Assembly (NCBI GenBank): GCA_030679255.1
Contig: JAUXTO010000017.1
Span: 1,925 to 65,924, forward strand
Source of the DNA: Candidatus Gottesmanbacteria bacterium
GTDB lineage: Bacteria > Patescibacteriota > Microgenomatia > UBA10105 > UBA927
Reading direction: 5' to 3'
Length of the DNA: 64,000 bases
Shown: positions 28,620 to 35,233 of the stretch, in pieces
Layout: each line of letters opens with the position of its first letter
How positions within the stretch are numbered: position 1 is the first letter of the stretch
Position numbers and translations under genes: made by a program
Notes under the pieces: generated by a model
Seen by the model: the letters and a program-made list of their open reading frames with translations, nothing else
What the model was told of the DNA's origin: nothing
Database searches by the model: none

Positions 28620-29807
28620 ATGAATATCCTCGCAATCGAAACATCGTTCGATGAAACGGCTTGTGCGATTATTGAGGATGGAACGAAAATCATCAGTAAT
28701 GTTCTGGCAACGAGTCACGAAATGCATGATAAATACGGCGGGGTCGTGCCCGAAATCGCCGCACGCAGGCAACTCGAGTGCATCATCCCCGTGATCTCAG
28801 AATCTCTCCAACCCCTCGCCACTAGCAATTCTACACTTCTCCATAGAAGTGGAGAATTATTTCCTGATTGGATAAGAAAAACGATTAAAGAATCAATTGA
28901 TGCTATTGCCGTCACAGTCGGACCGGGACTCATTGGATCGCTTTTGGTCGGCGTGGAAACCGCCAAGACCATCGCATTCGTCACTGACAAGCCGATCATC
29001 CCCGTCAACCATGTACTTGCCCATATGTATGCGAATTTTCTCGATTCCAATCGTGAAAATTCGTCCCGAGCGCAGTCGAGGAAAACACTTATTGAATTCC
29101 CCTCCATCTCCCTCGTCGTATCCGGCGGACACACAGAACTTTATTTGATGAAGTCAGCCAAAGACCTGACGTGGATAGGAGGGACGCTGGATGATGCAGC
29201 AGGAGAATGTTTTGACAAAACTGCCCGTCTGTTGGGTTTCGGCCACGGCGGTGGAGTGGCAATAGAAGCTGCTGCTTCAAAATATCAAATAGCAAATAGC
29301 AAAAATCAAATAAAATTGCCTAGACCAATGATGGATGATAAAACGCTCAATTTTTCCTTCAGCGGACTGAAAACCGCGGTCATGAGGGAATGGAAAAAGT
29401 GTCATCCCGGACTTGATCCGGGATCCAGTTCAAAAAAAGATTCCGGCTCGGAGGCCGGAATGACAAGCGCCTTCGCCCACGAAATACAGGAAGCCATTAC
29501 CGATGTTCTTGTCAAAAAAACAATTCGCGCGGCAAAACAATATGAGGCAAAATCCATTCTCCTCTCCGGCGGTGTGGCAGCCAACACACGTCTCCGAGAA
29601 AAGTTTCTCTCTACACTTTCCACTTTACACTCTCCACTTTTTTTCGCGCCTCCCCCGTCTCTCTGCACCGATAACGCCGTCATGATCGCCGCGTGCGCCT
29701 ACTTCAATGGTGAATCCACAAATTGGCGCAACATTACTGCTGCGCCTGATTTGTCCGTTGAGCTTTTCAATTCTTCGCTCACAGATCAACTCCCAGATTC
29801 CTCTTGA
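28620..29807 (+). CDS. tsaD: tRNA N6-adenosine threonylcarbamoyltransferase TsaD (Kae1/Gcp family) with several in-frame insertions
   Basis: MNILAIETSFDETACAI, VSGGHTELY, DDAAGECFDKTARLLG, SGGVAANTRLR, CTDNAVMIA; extra segments relative to canonical TsaD are encoded by hairpin repeats. Confidence 0.85.
   Translation: MNILAIETSFDETACAIIEDGTKIISNVLATSHEMHDKYGGVVPEIAARRQLECIIPVISESLQPLATSNSTLLHRSGELFPDWIRKTIKESIDAIAVTVGPGLIGSLLVGVETAKTIAFVTDKPIIPVNHVLAHMYANFLDSNRENSSRAQSRKTLIEFPSISLVVSGGHTELYLMKSAKDLTWIGGTLDDAAGECFDKTARLLGFGHGGGVAIEAAASKYQIANSKNQIKLPRPMMDDKTLNFSFSGLKTAVMREWKKCHPGLDPGSSSKKDSGSEAGMTSAFAHEIQEAITDVLVKKTIRAAKQYEAKSILLSGGVAANTRLREKFLSTLSTLHSPLFFAPPPSLCTDNAVMIAACAYFNGESTNWRNITAAPDLSVELFNSSLTDQLPDSS
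29402..29465. repeat. about 64 bp two-hairpin repeat element (copy B), in-frame inside tsaD, encoding PGLDPGSSSKKDSGSEAGMT
   Basis: tcatcccggacttgatccgggatccagttcaaaaaaagattccggctcggaggccggaatgac; both stems keep pairing relative to copy A through compensatory changes. Confidence 0.8.
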
Positions 29808-30182
29808 TAAACAACAGACGCTCTCTTTGATCCGCTACTAGAATATATAAACAAAACCTCATCTTCACCAAAAAGATCAACAAAATCAAAAACTGCTTCA
29901 GCTTGCATGATACAGTCTAATGTTTTTGGTTCTGCGTCATAACGTCCATTTAATAGAGGCACCACCACAGAATCTCTACTACCGTCGTTCTCAACACCAC
30001 GCATAAAAATAGTAATCGATTCGGCCCCTACATTGACTGGAACGTTAACGCTATCGAATCCAACATCTTGTTTTCCCTTTTTTAGTACTGCTGAATCTTT
30101 AAATTTTAACCACTCTGGAACATCAGCCTTGTCATGAGCTTTTGGATTTCTCTGTTCATAGTCTACTCTAAAAACTGCCATC
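29786..30182 (-). CDS. hypothetical acidic protein
   Basis: start chosen at MAVFRVDYEQ with GGAGG RBS; no recognisable motif. Confidence 0.4.
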
Positions 30183-30221
30183 TCAAACACCTCCTCCGGG
30201 CAGATAGATAATCTGGAAGGT

Positions 30222-30231
30222 ACTCTCTCTC
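30222..30231. repeat. (CT)5 dinucleotide tract in bidirectional promoter region
   Basis: ctctctctct, read directly. Confidence 0.9.
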
Positions 30232-30258
30232 TGGGCAAAAGTCAAGAAAATGGGGTAT

Positions 30259-30330
30259 CCAGGTAGTAGAAACTCGACTGCATCCCAAAGTGATGCACGA
30301 TCTATCACTTGTCGAGTTTTCACTACCTGG
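30259..30330. mobile_element. 72 bp MITE-like element with 20 bp terminal inverted repeats, flanked by TAT
   Basis: ccaggtagtagaaactcgac...gtcgagttttcactacctgg; an identical copy sits at 33182-33253; absent from the otherwise homologous leader at 31290-31330. Confidence 0.65.
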
Positions 30331-30344
30331 TATACTTGGGATAT

Positions 30345-30668
30345 ATGGCTCACCCACCGAAGTCACTGCAAGGGACACTCTGGTCAAGCGATGTCAATCA
30401 ACTTGATCTCGACAAACACAGGGCCTACATCATCCACCAAATCCTCACGTTTGGCACCATGGATGAGCTCAAGTGGTTATTTGGGACCTACCCGAAACGG
30501 GAAATTGTCGATACATTTGTCCATCAACCAATGAAAATGTACCCAAATCATATCTATTGGTTCACAAAAAACCACCTCCTTTCTCTCCAACATACCCAGC
30601 TTGACGAACAAAACTATGTCACATCTCTTTTTGGACCAACTCGACCCCGAGCGGCAGCGGGTGTTTGA
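30345..30668 (+). CDS. small partner protein of AbiEii-like NTase (putative antitoxin/regulator), module 1
   Basis: MAHPPKSLQG...LDLDKHRAYIIHQIL...; paralogous to 31331 and 33268; 3' end overlaps the downstream NTase gene by about 53 nt. Confidence 0.6.
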   Translation: MAHPPKSLQGTLWSSDVNQLDLDKHRAYIIHQILTFGTMDELKWLFGTYPKREIVDTFVHQPMKMYPNHIYWFTKNHLLSLQHTQLDEQNYVTSLFGPTRPRAAAGV

Positions 30669-31263
30669 TAAACTCGCCGCGTTTGCCGATACCTTCGTCC
30701 TGGCCGGAGGCACTGCCATCATGCTTCAGATTGGTCATCGGAAGTCATTTGACTTCGATTGTTTTTCTCTCGACTCGCCTCCCAAAACAATTCTTCCCAA
30801 AGTGAAGCGCGTATTCGGCACGAACGTCTATCCAACGATCCAAACCCGAGACTTTCTCACCGTCTATACGCCGGAGCATGTTGAACTAACTTTTGCAAAA
30901 CACCCTTTTAAACCACTACGGCCTATCATGCAAACATCGTCCATCCCGCTCTTTCATATGGATGATCTCGTTGCAAACAAAGCCTATACCATCGGCAGGC
31001 GTCCGGCGTGGAGGGACTACGTCGATCTATTTTTTGTTCTGAAATGGAATCTCTATACGCTGGAAAATGTGATACAACTCGCAGAAAGAAAATTTTCAGG
31101 AGAATTCAACGCAAAGCTTCTCCTCCCTCAACTTACCTATTTTGAAGATATAAAACCCGCAGAAACTACATTTTTGAAAGAATCCTACAACGATGAGGAG
31201 ATCAAGGCGTTTCTCAACGATCAGGTGGACACCTACCTGGCAACCATCTTGCCACAAAAATAA
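30616..31263 (+). CDS. nucleotidyltransferase, AbiEii/AbiGii toxin-like (DUF1814-type), module 1
   Basis: FVLAGGTAIMLQIGHRKSFDFDCF matches the AbiEii N-terminal GGTAL...R.S.D.D motif; about 215 aa. Confidence 0.65.
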   Translation: MSHLFLDQLDPERQRVFDKLAAFADTFVLAGGTAIMLQIGHRKSFDFDCFSLDSPPKTILPKVKRVFGTNVYPTIQTRDFLTVYTPEHVELTFAKHPFKPLRPIMQTSSIPLFHMDDLVANKAYTIGRRPAWRDYVDLFFVLKWNLYTLENVIQLAERKFSGEFNAKLLLPQLTYFEDIKPAETTFLKESYNDEEIKAFLNDQVDTYLATILPQK

Positions 31264-31330
31264 CTTGTAGGATATTCAGGGACCGTCCCTAAATTACAAA
31301 AGTCAAGAAAATGGGGTATACTTCCTCTAT

Positions 31331-31630
31331 ATGGCTCATCCGCCGAAGTCGCTCCAAGCAGTACTGAAATCTGCAGCAATAGAAGACCTTGATTTGGAAA
31401 AAAATAAAGCCTATATCGTACACCAAATACTGGCATTCGGCTCGTGGGAACAAATGGTATGGTTACTCAATTATTACGGAGCCAATATGGTGCGGGAAGT
31501 CTTTCAAAAACAACCGATGAAACTCTATTCTCCGCAGGCCTTTCACTTTTCTCAACTTATTCTCAATACCCCTGATGCGCTAACACACAAAAATCATTAT
31601 GACCAAACTCTTTCTCGAGATCTTGGATGA
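31331..31630 (+). CDS. small partner protein, module 2
   Basis: MAHPPKSLQAVLKSAAIEDLDLEKNKAYIVHQILAFGS... Confidence 0.6.
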   Translation: MAHPPKSLQAVLKSAAIEDLDLEKNKAYIVHQILAFGSWEQMVWLLNYYGANMVREVFQKQPMKLYSPQAFHFSQLILNTPDALTHKNHYDQTLSRDLG

Positions 31631-32243
31631 CGCGCGGATATCTGTTCTAAAAAAATTAAGCGCATGCGCAAAAGACGCAGTACTTGCCGGTGGCACTTCT
31701 CTTGCTCTCCAGATAGGACACAGAAGATCCTTTGATTTTGATCTTTTTATCCCACGACCCATTCCGCGTACGCTCTACAAATCCATCCAAGAACTGTTCC
31801 ATGAATCACCCATGAAACATGTCGACACAGGAGACCAACTCACCGTAGAACTATCCTCCGGGATAGAAATCACATTTCTCTATTACTGGTACGCACCGCT
31901 TTATCCACCAATTCCCATGGCTGCACTTCCGCTTTGCGACAAGAGCGATATAGCCACAGACAAAGCAATGACCATCGGGAGACGCAATGCATGGCGCGAT
32001 TATGTAGATTTCTTTTTTCTTTTGAAAGACCGGCATGTCACACTCGCACAAATCATCACTGATGCCGAAAAACGCTTCGGAAATGAATTTTCGAAAAAAC
32101 TCTTTTTACAACAACTCTCCTACACTGGAGACATAAAAGATTTTTCTATTACCTATATCGGTGGCATTCATACACCACAGGAAATTACAGAATTTTTGGA
32201 ACGGCAAGCAAAAAATTACGCAACATCATCATTGCCGCTGTAG
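31599..32243 (+). CDS. nucleotidyltransferase, AbiEii-like, module 2
   Basis: AVLAGGTSLALQIGHRRSFDFDLF. Confidence 0.65.
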   Translation: MTKLFLEILDDARISVLKKLSACAKDAVLAGGTSLALQIGHRRSFDFDLFIPRPIPRTLYKSIQELFHESPMKHVDTGDQLTVELSSGIEITFLYYWYAPLYPPIPMAALPLCDKSDIATDKAMTIGRRNAWRDYVDFFFLLKDRHVTLAQIITDAEKRFGNEFSKKLFLQQLSYTGDIKDFSITYIGGIHTPQEITEFLERQAKNYATSSLPL

Positions 32244-32272
32244 CCGCCTCCTTCTTCATATCTGACTATCAC

Positions 32273-32734
32273 TTAAGAAGATTTTTTTATGACAAAGGCA
32301 TCGGTCAGAAGCCGCGACTGCCAATCGTACGCTTGGGCGACGTGTTCGGGGTTGCCTAATTTGACGAGCTCCTGGCTGATGAGTCGCGCCAAGTGATATC
32401 CTCCCAACGCTTCGCGATCAGCAGTTTGGACAAACAACGGGTGATCACGGTTGATAAAAATGATGCCTCCCTCCACAAAGCTCTAGCATGCCAAATTCAT
32501 GCCACCGATTTTGACGACACTCGCATCAGCGTCGTAGGCGTTGGCGACCAACTCCCGCACGAGATCCAGGCTCTCCGCACAGAGCCGGGTGCCGATAGTC
32601 GTCAGATGCGACTTATCAAGGGTAATGGGGATGGTAGACTGCTGCGCGGGGCTATTATATACCAAATATTCTGACAACGCCGTCATGATCGGAGCTGCTG
32701 CCTTTTTTAAAGGTATATCCACAGATTGGCCCAC
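32273..32734 (-). pseudogene. GHKL-ATPase N-terminal remnant with in-frame TAG (copy 1)
   Basis: LVRELVANAYDADASVVKIGGMNLAC-TAG-SFVEGGIIFINRDHP: Bergerat N-box (ELVxNAxDA) followed by a degenerate G1 box; truncated at both ends; its 5' part is antisense to the tsaD-3' duplicate. Confidence 0.5.
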
Positions 32735-32771
32735 AATTACTGCTACTCCTGATCTGGTTGTAGAAATATAG
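32665..32771 (+). repeat. duplicated tsaD 3'-end fragment (att-like scar)
   Basis: encodes DNAVMIGAAAFFKGISTDWPTITATPDLVVEI, close at both nt and aa level to the tsaD C-terminus DNAVMIAACAYFNGESTNWRNITAAPDLSVEL at 29680-29780. Confidence 0.7.
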
Positions 32772-32782
32772 ATATAAAATTT

Positions 32783-33091
32783 TTATTCTTTGGGAACGGA
32801 AGCCACGCTAACGCGAGGAAGAATACCTTTTTTATGATCTGCTATCTGCTCTACCGATGGGTTAAATACAACATATGATACCGGTCTTCCAGTTGTCAAA
32901 TCGATGACAGATCCACTAATCACGGGACTCCCGTCCGATAAATTTTCAGCGAAATTTGTTAGTGCGGCACCAAGACTTCCTGTGTCGAACAGCGTATTCA
33001 TCCCATCATGTTTTGCCTTTTCAACTCGCGCCTCTAAAACAATTTTCTCGAACGCATCTTCAACTCGTTCTAAGTCTCCTAGATTTGACAT
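32783..33091 (-). CDS. hypothetical protein
   Basis: 102 aa ORF divergent from module 3; no motif. Confidence 0.35.
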   Translation of the reverse strand: MSNLGDLERVEDAFEKIVLEARVEKAKHDGMNTLFDTGSLGAALTNFAENLSDGSPVISGSVIDLTTGRPVSYVVFNPSVEQIADHKKGILPRVSVASVPKE

Positions 33092-33143
33092 ATAAAACTC
33101 CTCCCTTTTTCTACTTGGTAATCTTAATTAATTTAAAATCCTA

Positions 33144-33155
33144 CTCTCTCTCTCT
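33144..33155. repeat. (CT)6 dinucleotide tract
   Basis: ctctctctctct. Confidence 0.9.
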
Positions 33156-33181
33156 GGAAAAATGTCAAGGAAGTGGGGTAT

Positions 33182-33253
33182 CCAGGTAGTAGAAACTCGA
33201 CTGCATCCCAAAGTGATGCACGATCTATCACTTGTCGAGTTTTCACTACCTGG
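33182..33253. mobile_element. 72 bp MITE-like element, second identical copy
   Basis: identical to 30259-30330; the surrounding roughly 113 nt is identical between copies although the downstream CDSs are only about 40-50% identical. Confidence 0.65.
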
Positions 33254-33267
33254 TATACTTGGGATAT

Positions 33268-33573
33268 ATGGCTCACCCACCGAAAGATCTCCAAGGGGCC
33301 CTCTGGTCAGCAGAGGTCAACACAATGGATTTGGAGAAAGATAAAAATTACATCATCCATCAGGTCTTTTCACACGGATCACTGGAGGATATGTTCTGGG
33401 TCTTGCGAACCTATCCCCGAGATAGCATCCGGCACGTCTTCGCCACAGTACCGTATAAAGACTACCGCGCACCACGGTTTTACTTCATAAAAAACTTCCT
33501 TCTTAATCTGCGAGATACTCCCATGAACGAACATCGTTATGTCAAAAATATTCCTCGAGATATTAGATCCTGA
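33268..33573 (+). CDS. small partner protein, module 3
   Basis: MAHPPKDLQGALWSAEVNTMDLEKDKNYIIHQVF... Confidence 0.6.
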   Translation: MAHPPKDLQGALWSAEVNTMDLEKDKNYIIHQVFSHGSLEDMFWVLRTYPRDSIRHVFATVPYKDYRAPRFYFIKNFLLNLRDTPMNEHRYVKNIPRDIRS

Positions 33574-34189
33574 ACGACAAAAAGTGTTTAGACAGCTCGC
33601 CGAGTTCCGTGGCGACGGGTATCTTGCCGGCGGCACCGCCCTTGCGCTACAACTTGGTCACCGCGTGTCGATTGATTTTGATGTATTCACCTATAAAGAG
33701 GTAAGTACGCGCCTCCGATCTGCCATTGCAAAACATTTTTCCATACAACAGGTTCATCTCAACACATCCGATCAATACACCTTCACGACCCATGGGAATA
33801 TCGAAGTGACCTTCGTATGGTTTGACTACCCGCTCATCCGTCCACTTATACCAACGCCATCTATCTCACTGGCTACAATAGTAGATATCGCAGCAAATAA
33901 AGCAAACACGCTCGGACTTCGCGCGGTGTGGCGGGACTATGTAGATCTTTTCTGGCTTTTGCGCGAAGAGGGCATGGTACTCCAAGATATTATTGCCTGG
34001 GCAAAACAAAAATACCCTACACAGTTCGTCGAAGCGCAATTTTTGGAACAGCTCTGCTACTTTGCTGATCTTACCGTAACGCCAATACAATTTTTCAAAA
34101 AACGCTATAGCACTAACGATATCCAATCATTCCTTCAAAAAGGAGTTGGTGCCTACCTGGACACAAGGAGAAAACAAGAGCTGCGATAA
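33539..34189 (+). CDS. nucleotidyltransferase, AbiEii-like, module 3
   Basis: YLAGGTALALQLGHRVSIDFDVF. Confidence 0.7.
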   Translation: MSKIFLEILDPERQKVFRQLAEFRGDGYLAGGTALALQLGHRVSIDFDVFTYKEVSTRLRSAIAKHFSIQQVHLNTSDQYTFTTHGNIEVTFVWFDYPLIRPLIPTPSISLATIVDIAANKANTLGLRAVWRDYVDLFWLLREEGMVLQDIIAWAKQKYPTQFVEAQFLEQLCYFADLTVTPIQFFKKRYSTNDIQSFLQKGVGAYLDTRRKQELR

Positions 34190-34279
34190 TCTCACCGGAC
34201 AACGCCGCCGCCTACTTCCTTGCATCTCGCATCTGGCCATCACAAAACTATGCACGTGCATAATATTGTGATCTTCTGA

Positions 34280-34675
34280 TTATGAAGAAGATTTCTTTAT
34301 GACAAAAGCATCGGTCAGAAGCCGCGACTGCCAATCGTACGCCTGAGCAATCTCTCCGGAACGGGCAAGTTTGACGAGCTCCTGGGTGATGAGTCGCGCC
34401 AAGTGATACCCTCCCAACCCTTCGCGGTCAGCAGTTTGGACAAACAACGGGTGATCACGGTTGATAAAAATGATGCCTCCCTCCACAAAGCTCTAGCATG
34501 CCAGATTCATGCCACCGGTTTTGACGACACTCGCATCAGCATCGTAGGCGTTGGCGACGAGCTCTCGCACGAGATCCAGGCTCTCCGCATAGAGCCGGGT
34601 GCCAATAGTAGTCAAGTGTGATTTATCAAACGTAATAGGGATCGTGGATTGCTGCACGGGACTATTATATACCAA
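34280..34675 (-). pseudogene. GHKL-ATPase N-terminal remnant with the same in-frame TAG (copy 2)
   Basis: about 90% nt identity to copy 1; LVRELVANAYDADASVVKTGGMNLAC-TAG-SFVEGGIIFINRDHP. Confidence 0.5.
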
Positions 34676-34808
34676 ACGCTCCTACAATTCCCCCAGCGAA
34701 AAAATCATGCCAATTTCCCTCCGGTCGGGAGTAAAATAGCATGATTTATTTTATGCCACCAATTCCGTCATGATCAGCGCCGCCGGACCGTCCCGAAATT
34801 CACTCTCA

Positions 34809-35141
34809 TTATTCCACCGAAACTACTGATATTGATCCATGTCCGTTCACATTACTCAATGTCACAGAAGGAACGCCATTATCAGGAAAAACCGTCACGC
34901 TTTTCAAGGATTCTGTATGTAATATACTCTCAAGGGTTTCCTGGGATACACGGTTCAAATCCAAACGAACTTTATCATCAGGAACATATTGAAAGGTAAC
35001 AACTAATACTTCATCATTTTCATTCGCCTCAATTATGCACTTCGCTTCACCATATGCTAGGTATTGTCTTTCTCCTGGCACCAATATTCCATGAAGAATT
35101 TCTTTGCCATCTTCTCCAATTTCAATCTTTTGAATTGCCAT
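34809..35141 (-). CDS. hypothetical acidic protein
   Basis: 110 aa ORF divergent from valS; shares an upstream region with 29786-30182 but not its sequence. Confidence 0.35.
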   Translation of the reverse strand: MAIQKIEIGEDGKEILHGILVPGERQYLAYGEAKCIIEANENDEVLVVTFQYVPDDKVRLDLNRVSQETLESILHTESLKSVTVFPDNGVPSVTLSNVNGHGSISVVSVE

Positions 35142-35183
35142 ATCATTTCACCTCCTCCAGGCAGATAGATAACTGGGAAGGTA

Positions 35184-35199
35184 CTCTCTCTCTCTCTCT
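35184..35199. repeat. (CT)8 dinucleotide tract
   Basis: ctctctctctctctct. Confidence 0.9.
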
Positions 35200-35233
35200 G
35201 CAAAAGTCAAGAAAAACAGTTACAATATGGAAC

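Noticed and set aside
30259-30330. Integron attC site or cassette array interpretation of the island
   Set aside because: No intI or attI, the hairpin element lies upstream rather than downstream of the ORFs, and no R''/L''/L'/R' core (GTTRRRY) organisation was found.
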